64,000 bases of DNA from Dipteris shenzhenensis. Taxonomy: Eukaryota. Below, in pieces: positions 36,825-50,500 of the stretch. The notes beneath the pieces were generated by a model that saw nothing but the letters and a program-made list of their open reading frames with translations, made no database searches and was not told the origin of the DNA. Location of the stretch: the NCBI GenBank assembly GCA_047967505.1, contig CM106538.1, one strand, 5' to 3'. A program made the translations under genes and the position numbers. Positions within the stretch are counted from its first letter, which is position 1. The number at the start of each line of letters is the position of its first letter.

Positions 36825-39800
36825 TCTATTAGCCGGAAAAGAATCAGGACAAGAGACTAGACACTAAGCATGGCGATGCTCAAGGGCCATAGAGGAAAGG
36901 AGAACGTGAGGGCAAAATGTTATCATGGGAGGGAAAATGGAAGCAACTTCTCAAAGAGATTGGATTGAGGAGACAAGGAGAAAGAGAAGGAAGACAAATA
37001 CAAAAAAGACTAGAAGAGAGGTGTCTTCCATCTTTTATAAAATCTCATTTTTTATCTTCAATCCTTTGAAATCAACCACAAAAACTAGCACATAGCCTTA
37101 GCAATACAAGGAGAAACATGCTTCAACACTCACAAAACGAAATCTCACAAAAAACGAACCTCCGTTGTTCAAAGAGACTCACCTTCTTGAAATACTTGTT
37201 TTCAAGAAAGCGCAGAGGGAGAAGGGTGGAGAGGGAGCACAAGTGTTAGAAGAGAGGTGAGTAGTGGTGAGGAGTGGAGAATAGAGTGGGAGGTCATCGG
37301 AAATAGGTGGGAGGAGAGATTGTAGCTTACAATAGAGATTACTAAAGAAAGCGCCGTGCATCGCGAGGTTCGGGTTTTAACCCACAGCATCGCTATATAG
37401 CGACGTTGGTCAGTCGCTATATAGCGACGCTAGTCAGTCGCTATATAACGACGCTTATATTTAAAAGCATCACTATATAGCGACGGAATAGAGCAAATCG
37501 TCGCTATATTGCGACGGAACAGGTCAAAACATTGCTATATAGCGATGCTTCAAGACACTTCATGTTTAAAGTTAAAAAAGAAGCTCATAGATACTATTTT
37601 ATAACTGTTAATATATTTCCTTGCAACTTATATTGTGATTTTATAAGTGCAGATAGAAGAGACGAGTGGAAGGTCGTCCGATGATGCGCCAATGCCTGGG
37701 AGCACAAAGTGGCTTATGGAAAGGTTATATTGTCATTGCACTCATTGCAAGCGAGAAGTACGACATCAATGTCGTATTATCATGTGCCACTTGCAGATGT
37801 ATGGGGAGAGCCCAAACCAGTACCCACCGTTGGTGTTGCACGTGTTGATGGATTATCGGTAAGTCAAAGCTATTTAAGTTCACGGTTAATATTGAATACC
37901 ATTATGGTACGAAACCTTGAGACAATATCTTATATTTACATGAAATCTTAAAACAGGATGAGGAGGCTGACGAGGGTATGCATATACCTTCACACTTTGA
38001 GCATCATATTTGAAGGCAAGTGACTGGATTCAAGCTTAGAGGGCGAATGGAGAGGAACGTCCTCCTGGTATGAAGAGGCTATTGATCTTTCACGAGCTTC
38101 CTTATTGGGTTCAGTTACAAATCAATCATCTCTTGGATCCCATCCATATCTTCAAGAATCTGGGGGCTACTATTTGGGCACACTTGGTTGGTTCCAAAGA
38201 CTCGAGAGGAGTGCGAGAAGACTTGCGTGCTATGAATAAGATGTCTCATTTGTGACCCCAAGTGCATGCTTCGGGAAAAGTTGTCCTCCCGAAAGCAACG
38301 TGGATCCTCTCTATGAGGGAGGAGGCAGTGGTTAAGGCGGACATTGCCTCTTTTCAAACACCGACAAGGTACATGCGTTGCTTGAAAGGAGCATTTTCAA
38401 AGGACAATAAGCTTAGTGGGCTCAAGTCCCATGATTCGCACAAGGTCTTACAAGTATTCTATGCTGTAGAATTAGTGTACCGATAATTGTGATGCGTCAG
38501 CGTAATTATGATTATGTTATATTATTGACATGACTTCTTTGTTGCTTTGATAGTTCATCCTCCCAATTACAATAAAAGGGTGCTTACAAGAGATGTTAGA
38601 AATGCTATATTCAAGATCAGTGGTATTGTGAGGTATGCTTACTATCAAATCGCATTGATTGCATTTTCTTCAATTTAAGCTGATTAATCTGTAGACTAAT
38701 TATGAAAATATCTCATGGACATGTGAAATAGGTGGATACCTCAAAAAGAGATCTCCATATCGAGCATCAAGAAGGCTAGGGTGGAATCCATCGAAGCCGT
38801 ATGCTTGCTTGAGAAGCACTTTTCCTCGAGCATTATGACAACTCAAATCCACTTGCTTGTGCACATTGTTGATGAGGTGGCTATTGCAGGTACCGTTCAT
38901 AGTCGATGGATGTTTTTTCTCGAGCAGTTTATGAAAACTTTGAAGGGATTTGTAAGACAAAGAGCAAGACCAGAAGCAAGCATGGTAGAGGGATGGCTTG
39001 TGCAAGAGTCATTAGTATATATCACGGAGTTTCTTGCATCTACGGATCCTGATATGCCGCAAGCTTGTCATAACAAGGATGATGATCGCATCATTGGCGA
39101 GGTGCCCCAAGAAAAAGGGATTGAAAGAAATATGAGCGAAGAGCAAATGGAGAAATTCAATAAGTTTTGTATCCTCAATAGCCCTGAGATGCAGAAGTGG
39201 ATTGAGAGATATGAAGTGGCCAAAGCAGAAAGAATAAATGCAAGAACGAGATTCAGAGTAATGTATGGGCGATCGCAACCATATCCACGGGATCTGGCTC
39301 TTCTCCCCACTCACATGTCACTTGATTGGCTACAACTGGCTCTACGTAAAGCCAAATGCGATGGAGAGACAATAAACGAGCGCGAGCGAGAGTTATCATC
39401 TGGATGTATGATGCATGTAAGTTTCGTACCTCTTGACATAATTAAGTAATTATTTGTGGCAATATATGCTATAAAATAGATGCATCTTCATTGTTTTAAT
39501 GATGCTCTTTTACAGTACATAGGAACTGCAAGCAGAAAGCAGGCAGACTAAAAGTGCAGAAGTAAGGAGGTTTTGCAGCCGTAAAGACAAGGAAGGCACA
39601 CAGTTTGGAGATGCAAAAGTAGAGAACTATGCACGGAAGAGGCCACAGAGCTGCACCCACCTAGGAGTAACAGATTTTACACCACTAGCCGTGGAGATTT
39701 CGATCCCAGCAGCCATACCATTTCTATTAGCCGGAAAAGAAATCAGGACAAGAGGCTAGACACTAAGCATGGCGATGCTCAAGGGCCATAGAGGAAAGGA

Positions 39801-42435
39801 GAACATGAGGGCAAAATGTTATCATGGGAGGGAAAATGGGAAGCAACTTCTCAAAGAGATTGGATTGAGGAGACAAGGAGAAAGAGGAGGAAGACAAATA
39901 CAAAAAAGACTAGAAGAGAGGTGTCTTCTATCTTTTATAAAATCTCGTTTTTTATCTTCAATCCTTTGAAATCAAGCACAAAAACTAGCACATAGCCTTA
40001 GCAATACTCACAAAACGAAATCTCACAAAAAACGAACCTCCGTTGTTCAAAGAGACTCACCTTCTTGAAATACTTCTTTTCAAGAAAGCGCAGAGGGAGA
40101 AGGGTGGAGAGGGAGCACAAGTGTTAGAAGAGAGGTGAGTAGTGGTGAGAAGTGGAGAATAGAGTGGGAGGTCGTCGGGAATAGGTGGGAGGAGAGATTG
40201 TAGCTTACAATAGAGATTACTAAAGAAAGCACCGCGCATCGCGAGGTTCGGGTTTTAACCCACAGCATCACTATATAGCGACGCTGGTCAGTCGCTACAT
40301 AGCGACGCTAGTCAGTCACTATATAACGACGCTTATATTTAAAAGCATCACTATATAGCGACAGAATAGAGCAAATCGTCGCTATATATCGACGGAACAG
40401 GTCAAAATGTTGCTATATAGCGATGCTTCAGGACACTTCATGTTTAAAGTTAAAAAAGAAGCTCATAGATACTATTTTATAACTGTTAATATATTTCCTT
40501 GCAACTTATGTTGTGATTTTATAAGTGCAGATAGAAGAGACGAGTGGAAGGTCGTCCGATGATGCGCCAATGCCTGGGAGCACAAAGTGGCTTACGGAGA
40601 GGTTATATTGTCATTGCACTCATTGCAAGCGAGAAGTACGACATCAATGTCATATTATCATGTGCCACTTGCAGATGTATGGGGAGGAGCCCGAACCAGT
40701 ACCCACCGTTGGTGTTGCACGTGTTGATGGATTATCGGTAAGTCAAAGCTATTTAAGTTCACGGTTAATATTGGATACCATTATGGTACGAAACCTTGAG
40801 ACAATATCTTATATTTACATGAAATCTTAAAACAGGATGAGGAGGCTGACGAGGGTATGCATATACCTTCACACTTTGAGCATCATATTTGAAGGCAAGT
40901 GACTGGATTCAAGCTTAGAGGGCGAATGGAGAGGAACGTCCTCCTGGTATGAAGAGGCTATTGATCTTTCACGAGCTTCCTTATTGGGTTCAGTTACAAA
41001 TCAATCATCTCTTGGATCCCATCCATATCTTCAAGAATCTGGGGGCTACTATTTGGGCACACTTGGTTGGTTCCAAAGACTCGAGAGGAGTGCGAGAAGA
41101 CTTGCGTGCTATGAATAAGATGTCTCATTTGTGACCCCAAGTGCATGCTGCGGCAAAAGTTGTCCTCCCGAAAGCAACATGGATCCTCTCTATGAGGGAG
41201 GAGGCAGTGGTCAAGGCAGACATTGCCTCTTTTCAAACACCGACAGGGTACATGCATTGCTTGAAAGGAGCATTTTCAAAGGACAATAAGCTTAGTGGAC
41301 TCAAGTCCCATGATTTGCACAACGTCTTACAGGTATTCTATGCTGTAGAATTAGTGTACCGATAATTGTGATGCATTAGCGTAATTATGATTATGTTATA
41401 TTGTTGACATGACTTCTTTGTTGCTTTGATAGTTCATCCTCCCAATTACAATAAAAGGGTGCTTACAAGAGATGTTAGAAATGCTATATTCAAGATCAGT
41501 GGTATTGTGAGATATGCTTACTATCAAATCGCATTGATTGCATTTTCTTCAATTTAAGATGATTAATTATGAAAATAATTTTCTTCAATTTAAGCTGATT
41601 AATCTGTAGACTAATTATGAAAATATCTTATGGACATGTGAAATAGGTGGATACCTCAAAAAGAGATCTCCAAATCGAGCATCGAGAAGGCTAGGGTGGA
41701 ATCCATCGAAGCCGTATGCTTGCTTGAGAAGCACTTTTCCATGAGCATTATGACAACTCAAGTCCACTTGCTTGTGCACATTGTCGATGAGGTGGCTATT
41801 GCAGGTACCGTTCATAGTCGATGGATGTTTTTTCTCAAGCAGTTTATGAAAACTTTGAAGGGATTTGTAAGACTAAGAGCAAGACCAGAAGCAAGCATGG
41901 TAGAGGGATGGCTTGTGCAAGAGTCATTAGTATATATCACGGAGTTTCTTGCATCCACGGATCCTGATATGCTGCAAGCTTGTCATAACAAGAATGATGA
42001 TCGCATCATTGGCGAGGTTCCCCAAGAAAAAGGGATTGAAAGAAATATGAGCGAAGAGCAAATGGAGAAATTCAATAAGTTTTGTATCCTCAATAGCCCT
42101 GAGATGCAGAAGTGGATTGACAGATATGAAGTGGCTAAAGCAGAAAGAATAAATGCAAGAACGAGATTCAAAGTAATGTACGGGCGATCGCAACCATATC
42201 CACGGGATCTGGCTCTTCTCCCCACTCACATGTCACTTGATTGGCTACAACTGGCTCTACGTAAAGCCGAATGCGATGGAGAGACAATAAACGAGTGTGA
42301 GCGAGAGTTATCATCTGGATGTATGATGCATGTAAGTTTCTTACCTCTTGACGTAATTAAGTAATTATTTGTGGCAATATATGCTATAAAATAGATGCAT
42401 CTTCATTGTTTTAATGATGCTCTTTTACAATACAA
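36623..42435. repeat. Tandem duplication of a ~2.9-kb chimeric unit (gypsy leader/PBS, LTR stub, CACTA promoter region, internally deleted TnpD)
   Basis: AGGAACTGCAAGCAGAAAGC restarts at 39521. Paired ORFs 37647/40525, 38070/40949, 38781/41696. Confidence 0.93.
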
Positions 42436-43268
42436 AAAGTACAGTGCATTATGGTCATATGGACGACATTTGCGTGTGCTACGCATCGATTCAAAGAGAG
42501 TCACGTATGATTATGGAGTCATGGCTAACTTCACACAAGATAGCTGAGCAAGTGCTTTGGATACCAATCTTCTCTCCTCACACTTGGATTATTGTGAAAC
42601 CATATGCGAAATCTATGAAGCTGATTTCAGACGATTTAGTATTTTCATTCTTAATGTAAAATGGTTTAGAACTATTTACAATGGTCCCCATGCGATAGTG
42701 AGAAAAGATAGTAGCAGATTCTTTGCAATAAACTCCACCAAACATTGGACCAATGAAAGTAATACTTTTGTTCTTCCTGAGCACTATGAGCAGGTGCATA
42801 CTAATGATTTAATTAATTGAAGCTTTCGTTTTTAAAGATCCATTAATACATGTACTTAAGCATAATTTCATATATATAATTGACGACATCTGGCACCCAT
42901 CTTCAATATAGGTGGTTTTTCATCCGGATCGTTTTGATCCAAGATGGTGGTATGTGATCCAAGTTGCACCACGAAGTAAGCAAATTTTTGAAGATAAAGA
43001 TCATAATATGAGCCAAGAGAAAGATGCGCATAATGACATCACACGGGAGGAAGATGGAGATCACGATATTGAGGAAGAAGACAACGATCATCAAGAATCA
43101 CCACACTTTATTGAAGAAGATGATCAAGTACTTTTAGGTGAACGTACAATGCTAGAGTACGATGATGATCATATAGGAGATCAACTTGATATAGAGTTAG
43201 AGATAGACTTGTTTGGCACGTTAGACTTGGCTCAAGATGAAACAGTTGATGTAAATGCTCTTCATTGA
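37650..43268 (+). pseudogene. CACTA TnpD remnants (two tandem copies) lacking the Transposase_21 core exon
   Basis: The CHCTHC exon is joined at ~38003 and ~40881 directly to the LKASDW...LDPIHIFKNL segment. VHLLVH/WMFFL exon in both copies; the terminal acidic exon (42912-43268) only in the second. Confidence 0.88.
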
Positions 43269-44400
43269 TTTTTTTCATCTCAAACTTGGACATGAATATA
43301 TGAGCTTCAAAGGCTTGATGTACATGCTCTCATACTTTTATTCTCTCAAAAGGTCAAACATGTATGAAAATTTAAAAAAATTTGTCCTTGGAAAAAACTA
43401 ACTTTTAAGGCCTATATGAGTAAAAAAGCTCTCTGGAAAACGTCGCTATAAAATAGTATCTCAGTGTCGCTATATAGCGACACTTAGATTTCTGACAAAC
43501 ATCGCTATATAGCAACTTTAGAAATCGTCACTATATAGCGACATTTGCTTAAAGTCACTATATAGCGACGCTTTACGGGATGCGCTTCCCATACCGATGA
43601 TTAGCGCCCTACACCCGCTAAACGTCGGAACTTAAACGTCGCAACAGGATCCGTGTGTAGTAGTGTGACATCTTCCTTGGGCTATAGTAGCATGCTGGAA
43701 GTTTGTCAAACCATGCAGGTCAAAAGGAGATAAGGGAAGTTGAAAATATGTCGTCTTCTTGTCAAGGAGAGCAGGAAAAGCCAAGAGATCAGAAAGGTTC
43801 TAGTTAAAAGAGACATGAGGAGCCACGACACCCTAGGTGTATCCACACTTGATTTGGACGTCACATCGGGGTCATATCCAAATGCTTCAAAGAAGCTGTT
43901 ATACTTGAGTGCAACAGAATGAAGGACATTTGGGGGCTCGGGAGGGAGAGGAGAGGATGTCTCGTGAATCGTCCTCATCCCATCGCCGAATGATCAGAGA
44001 TTTGTGAAGCCAACCTTACCCATACAACCTTCCTCTATTTTTGCCATTCACCCTCTCCTCCTTCCTCCTGCCCATCCCTACTACTCCCATTTTGCTTATC
44101 ATCCCTACCCATGTGTGTGTGCATGCTTGAGGGCTAGCAAGGCTAGGTTTAGGTTTAGGTTTAGGTTTAGGTTCCGTTAAGTATATAGTTAAGATTAGCA
44201 TTAGCTTATGTCTTTATGGGTGACGTATGGGGTACATGGGTGTAAATGTTAGGGGATTTTCTGGTCAAACTATGCCTAGCGTTATGGAGTGTATTGTGGG
44301 TGATGTGTAAGTTTGTATGTATGGCATTTTTTTGTAAATTATGATTTGGCATTATGTAGCCTTGGCTACTAAAAAAGTGGACCCATTACATGCTTGTATG

Positions 44401-44402
<2 letters not shown>

Positions 44403-44463
<61 letters not shown>
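44403..44463. repeat. Compound microsatellite (TC)n(AC)n
   Basis: Directly visible. Confidence 0.97.
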
Positions 44464-45756
44464 TGAGGAGTTACGAGGTGCACACTACCTAAGGCCTATG
44501 TTAAGTGGTAGTAGGTTTCCTTTCCTAGGGCAATCAGATGCAGGCAGCCACTCACATGGGCGAGCACCCAAATCCCCTTGAGTCTGCAATTTCTGTGGTC
44601 CCCAGGAAAGGATATGGGGAGGCTTGTTGACAGGCAACCGACCCGAGAGCATGTAGGTCGACCCTTGTCCTAATGATGTGATAACGAGTTCCATTCTTAA
44701 GGTACGCCAGCGACCATCGATCCATATCAACCGGGCTCGTGTGTCATCATTGCTAACCACGAGCTTCACGATTGTTTTCTTTTCTCTTTTTTTTGAACAC
44801 ACCCACACCATACTCACGCACCCGAGGTCCTATCGAGGGGCACTCGCCCTAGACCAGTGGGCAATGGGTCCACAGCTGTGGCACTCACACACACCCAACC
44901 ACAAGCTACGATTCCATGCCCCATATTCCACCAAGACTTGAACCCATGACATGAACACTCAAACCACTAGGCCAGAGCCTTGGGGATCATTTTGGCCGTT
45001 GAATTGGAACCCACGTGAGTGAGTAGGTCGGTGTGATGGCCCGTACTCGTTCTTAGTTAATTGTGGCTTGATAATATCGAAGTCAAAGTCGACAAAGGGG
45101 ACCTGCAAGGTTCATAACCGAGCGTTCATATAAGCATGAATAATCAACAAACATAACCCAGCATTCATGTAAGCTAAGCGTTCAATGCTTTCAAAGTCGC
45201 AACGATGGAGACACTCAAAGCTGCAATTTCTTCTACCTCGAGGTACGTAGCCCACATTGTTTTGAAGAAAAGGGAGTGACTGCCGCTACCATCAACCACA
45301 AAATGCAATTTCGTAACCCCACAAAAGAGAGAGACTTCGTGGAAACGGCCTAATTATTCTGCAACGAGAGATTCAAGCAACCAAATGAGCACCACGACGT
45401 AGGAGGAGCAGACATATTTTAGTGATTTGAATTTGATCACACCGATTGAACGGCATCAATCCGCCTACGACGAGCCAACTTGTAATCACTCTGTTTGACT
45501 TTCTTCCATTTGCCTGGAAAACTTGCCCCCCCCCGCAAGCTTTTGACCCGTGAGATGATACAAATAACCTCTCTGCCTCGTTGCCATAATCAGAAAACTA
45601 GCTCCCAATTCATTTCCTTGCGCCGCTTCGCTCCCGTCTTGATTCTTCTTCCTCATACAACCTTATCTTTTTTTGAGAATTGTCTCTCATTAGTACTCAG
45701 ATCATAGTCTGTAAACGTTTTCTCGGCGCAGAACAATTTGACGAGATTACTCTGTC

Positions 45757-46215
45757 GTGAAGGGCAACCCACAGCCACAGTCTAGCCCTGTAAGCTCGAT
45801 TTCTACAAGCAGCAAGGCTTTGTGCCTTCTTATAATCGTCGTGATGTTGCTAGCGCTCCCAGTTGAATCTCGCAGAATGGAATCACATACTCACCACCAT
45901 TCTCGAAGACGCCAGAGACAGCAGGGACAGTACATGCTCCAAAGCCTCCCCACCTCGCCTTATACTAGCCAGAGGACTAGCAGAAGATCGCACGCACAAG
46001 AGAACACTGACGAGCAAATAAGGCTATTAGACGTCAGAAATCAAAGCACACCAACGGGCCGGGGACTAAGGTTCCGTAACCGCAAAGTCTTAAGACCCGT
46101 TGCAAACCAACGGCAGTCCCTCTTCCGAGCAGCAGCTGCTCATGTGCAGTTCAACAGACTGAGCACTCCAGTTTCAGGGCCAAACCCTGGAGGCAATTCA
46201 GTACCAGCGCCGTGA
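45757..46215 (+). CDS. Candidate small secreted peptide precursor (SGP-rich, CLE/IDA/PIP-like C-terminal motif); GTG start or lost ATG
   Basis: Hydrophobic signal-like segment ALCLLIIVVMLLALPVES|RR, basic low-complexity middle, C-terminus FNRLSTPVSGPNPGGNSVPAP*. Lies in non-repetitive sequence. In-frame stop at 45739; first ATG only at 45844. Confidence 0.6.
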   Translation: MKGNPQPQSSPVSSISTSSKALCLLIIVVMLLALPVESRRMESHTHHHSRRRQRQQGQYMLQSLPTSPYTSQRTSRRSHAQENTDEQIRLLDVRNQSTPTGRGLRFRNRKVLRPVANQRQSLFRAAAAHVQFNRLSTPVSGPNPGGNSVPAP

Positions 46216-47523
46216 TTATCTTGTGCCAATCACAGAAAGCGCCCTAGTCATTGCCATCAAGGTGATACAATCAAGGTGTTCGTCGTTGCCACGAAGTTGA
46301 TACAATGCTAGAGGCAATTCCGCACCAGCGCCATCGAGACAAACCATGAGGAACGCCAGGGCAACATGATAGATTATTATGCACCTTTGATCTAGAAGAA
46401 ACGATTCTCTCAAGGACGGATATTTCAAGAAACTCTAAGGTTAACTTCTCCAAACGTATGATAGTATGCAGAAAGAGCCTTCCGAACCCTTGCAGCCCGA
46501 TAGAATGGCATTGTGATGCTCTACGTTTGTTCAAACAATGTGTATAGTACTGCGTATTTGATTGGTTTCTACAACAAACAGGGGCTACTGAAAAAGAGAA
46601 GTTGCCCAAGAAGAAAACCAAAGAATTGTATGTTTTGAATTTATCAAAATTACGCTTTTCTATAAGAATGGATTCTTTAATTCTAGAATTCGTGGAATTG
46701 AACTATAGATTCTAAGTAATAGCAGTCATAGCTTTTTTCAATCGTTTATAAGATGAAAATGATTTGAATATGTACCTATGAAGAACAAAACAAATTATAC
46801 ATGTTGAACTTAAAATTTTGTGCTTATATGGAACAAGTGTTTGAAAGTGTGACTCCCTATCATGTTTGAGTGAATAAAACATTAATTTTTTGAATTTCCT
46901 AAATATTTATTCCATTCACAAAGCACAAGGTACAAAAATATTGAAACTAGATGCCTTAATAAAAAAGGGAGGCCCTCTTTCAAAAAAATGGTATTAGCGA
47001 GTGGAAGAGGGGGGAAGGGGGGAAGGGGGATGGATTAAGGAGCAAGGGTAAGATGCCACGTGCCCTACTCAATGCATTCTTAAGGTTTTTCCAAATGTTT
47101 CCAGCTCCCTGCTCATCGCATATAAAGATGTGATCTTTCCAAATCATGCTGCCTCCTTCTCGCATATTGTTGATCTGCTACAATGCCTTCCATCCACTCG
47201 CTTTCTTCCTATCTTCCCTTGCGATCTGCCACACCGATTTGCTTGTGTACATTTCCCTCGCTACGAAGTGAATGCACTCTGTCGTGAAATATAGCAATAG
47301 ATGTGTCTCGTTTTAATTACGAGGACATGCCTCACTGCTAATGGATTTTGGTAGGGGGTCAGCATGGAATGGACAATGTTGCATGCTGCATATCTGGATT
47401 GATTGCTTTGCTCCTTCTAGCGGAAAAAACATTTTCGTGACTGCTCTTATTCCAGGTCACGATCCTCAGGGCGCCGCTCTTCCTCCGCCATACCCACAAA
47501 CTCCTCTTCTAGGATCGAGAGAG

Positions 47524-50500
47524 CACAAGGAACTTTAGACTAATGCCTATATAGGAATTTGGTGTTCAACTAGGAAATTTGAGCATATTTCCTAGATAAA
47601 AAGAGGAATTTTCCCCTCTTCATCTAGGAATTTCTTTTTCCTATATAGACAGTCAATGCCATCTTGGAAATTTGTCATGTAATATGGAGAATCAAGTGGA
47701 TTCTATGTTTTCTATCTAGGAAATGACCTCTTTTTTTCACAGCAAATTGTATTTCCTATATAGATCACTCAATGCTATATAGGAAATGTGACATCCCATA
47801 TGGAGAATCAAATGAATTTTCTATTTTCTATATAGGAAATATGGTCTCTTCTAGGAAATATGTACTTTTATATGGATAATCAAGGGGATTCTCTGTTTCG
47901 TATATTAGAAATTAGCAAGACTGCATGTTTTGTATTGCAATTACCTACATAGGAGGAGTTTTTTGTGTAAGAAAGACTGTTGAATATTGCATATAAAAAA
48001 ATATTTGTATATTAAAAATGAGCATGTACGTAACAAGTGTGGATCATTGTAATTTTAATAAGATATCTAATGTAGGCTAATTACATATTCTTTAATTTTA
48101 GAACACTATATTTCTTCTATATGGAGTCCAAATAAAAGTGACAATGAGAAGTACATGCACTTATTTTTATTCCAAAAAAATTCTAAGGTTTCTCCATTTT
48201 GTAAGTGAAAAATATAATAATGTTAAAATTATAATATGCTATGTAATTCAAAATTAATGTCCCAAATTAGAAGTACATGTGCAATGTTAAGTTGATAAGG
48301 CACTATCGTCTCATGTTTTCTAAGGTAAAACTATATCTCAAGGGAAATTTTTGCCAATAGAGGGTGAATAATCCCTTTAGCCATGAAATACACAATGTGT
48401 GATGTCAAATGTAATATTTTGGTGTAAAAATCAACTATCTCATGCACCCAATGACAAAATTATAACTCAAAATCAATGCTCTCTAACATAAGATAAATAT
48501 TATTTACCAATAAATATATGAAGTTGATTAAACTAATTACAAATTATGAGATGTTTATTTCCTGTAGTAGTGCACATCTTTTTTAGTTAGGTGCAAAACT
48601 ATTATGTTGCGATGTCAACTGGGTGTCCTTTCATCGTCAACGACATTCATATTTTGGTACCCTGAACATCCATGTACATTTGTAAATAAGTCCAAAATAA
48701 ACCGCTAGGTTGAGTGACTTATTGACCATATAAAAGTCTTTTATCTAATATTTACATAATTTTCTTCCTCCCATTGTGTTTTCCCCTTATATTATCGTAT
48801 TCATCGCATACACATTATACATTTTGTAGTATTATTTTGTGATGTTAATGCATCGTCACTCCATTAACTTTTTGATGCCCTTTGTCCAAATACATTTGAA
48901 AATAAATCCAAATAGATGTGTATGTTGCATGCTATATCATTAATCCAAAAGGAAGCCATCTAGACTAACATAATTTGCTTCACTCCTATTTTCCCTTTAC
49001 ATCTTTGTATTCTACACATATACATTCTCCTTTTGTAGTGCAATGATGGTAGAATATCCAACAACCCTCTACTAGACAAACATAGTTTTCATAAAAAGAT
49101 GATGGTTGAAGAAATTATGTATGAATCAAAAGAAACAAAGATTGAACCTATCCAATAAGAACCAAAAATATGGTTTAGGTGATGTAATAGTAACAAAAAA
49201 TGTTACCAAATGCAATTGGCACAAGATAAATCTATTGACAATAGAAATACATTCTTAGATGCTTAGTTTAGATTCAAACTACCAAAGGAAAAGTATCCCC
49301 ATTGCCATCACGAATTCCCATTCGTATATTATTACTCTACTTGTAATTGATGTCAAATTCCCCTTGAATCATTTCTTCCACTCTAATATGACTATGCAAT
49401 GCTAAGTTGGCATTTAAAAAGAAATCAATTTTTGTGTCAAACATCTACACTATGCTAATGGTTTAAATTTTAAACTATGTACATATGTCTTACAACCATC
49501 TTTACATAATTCTTTCCAATGGCATTAACACTATCATTCATAGGTGAGTGAAAAAATGAGAGATCACTTAGAACAGAAGACCGTGCAAAGAAGTGATAAA
49601 TCCCAAGGAAAGAGATGCAAGGTATTCTTATATTTAGAATTTATTTTCTATGATTTGAAGTCTTTATACCTTGATTTTAATCTCAATGTTTTATTTGAAT
49701 TAGAACTTAAAAGATATTCAAGGTACAGACATGGAGGTGACTACGATTTCAAGCGAGTATAGAAGAGTATGTGACAGCCTTTTACATTAGGCTTCATTAT
49801 TTAAATCATTTGCTTCGAATTTGTTAATATATTGTCACTTGTTTTGTTACTATGCCCTCAAGTGGATGACATTTCAGAGGAAAATATGGAGACGATACTT
49901 TTGAAATACATGGGAGTCCACACAATTCATGATATGTACTTTTCCTTAAAAAGTACATATGTGAAGCTTAAAAAGATGGAGAGTAGCTTCAAACAGTACT
50001 CTACAGACATCAAGAGACCAGCCAGTAACATTATGATAAGGGACATTGTGCATTGGCTTATTGAAAGTCAAAAAGTTAGATTCATGGAAAAATCTGATGT
50101 GCTTAGTTTAGAAGATATAGATATTTTGATATGACATTTAGCTTGATTCAAATAAGTCTTCAAAGATGTTATGTAGACTCTTTTAGCTCTCTTTGGTTGT
50201 CTTATATTTCTTATAGTAGAAGTTTTTTGCTTTTTCTTTTGAATATTGTAATAACGAATGGACTTTTTACCTTCTTATTATTTGTAGAAATATTAAAGAG
50301 AACTCCATAATCTTTTTGATGGTTTTGTTGAATCTTAGTGTAGATAATGTGAGTTAATGTAATTATAGTAACAATTGCTTATTGCTCTAGGTACTTTAAA
50401 AGTTCAAATTGCTACATATGAAAATGTGAAACATGAGTGCTTCATTTCTTAAATGATATAACTTAGACAAAATCACTTATTTCGTGTTCTCCCTATATAG

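Larger units (their letters stand above)
27703..36940 (-). mobile_element. Ty3/gypsy LTR retrotransposon (non-chromovirus, Athila/Tat-like), degenerate, 5' LTR truncated
   Basis: 3' LTR 27703-28694 next to a PPT (GGGGGGGAAC on minus, ~28695-28704). PBS-like TGGTATGGC...GGGATCGAA at 36801-36822 adjoining a 5' LTR remnant (36824-36940) that matches 27703-27820. Confidence 0.85.
27631..43665 (+). mobile_element. CACTA element C with both termini and 3-bp TSD TGA; contains a gypsy insertion, deletions and a tandem duplication
   Basis: TGA|CACTACAAGG at 27628-27640 and GTAGTAGTG|TGA at 43657-43668. TCGCTATATAGCGA repeats at 37390-37545, 40265-40425 and 43440-43570. Plus-strand TnpD remnants. Confidence 0.8.

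Noticed and set aside
2857-43665. One giant CACTA bounded by the similar termini at 2857 and 43665
   Set aside because: Flanks ATT versus TGA do not form a TSD. Both are the same TnpD-downstream end, and 43665 pairs better with 27631.
44143-44172. Short (TTAGGT)n run as a telomeric site
   Set aside because: Only about five hexamers of a non-canonical unit; treated as a simple repeat.
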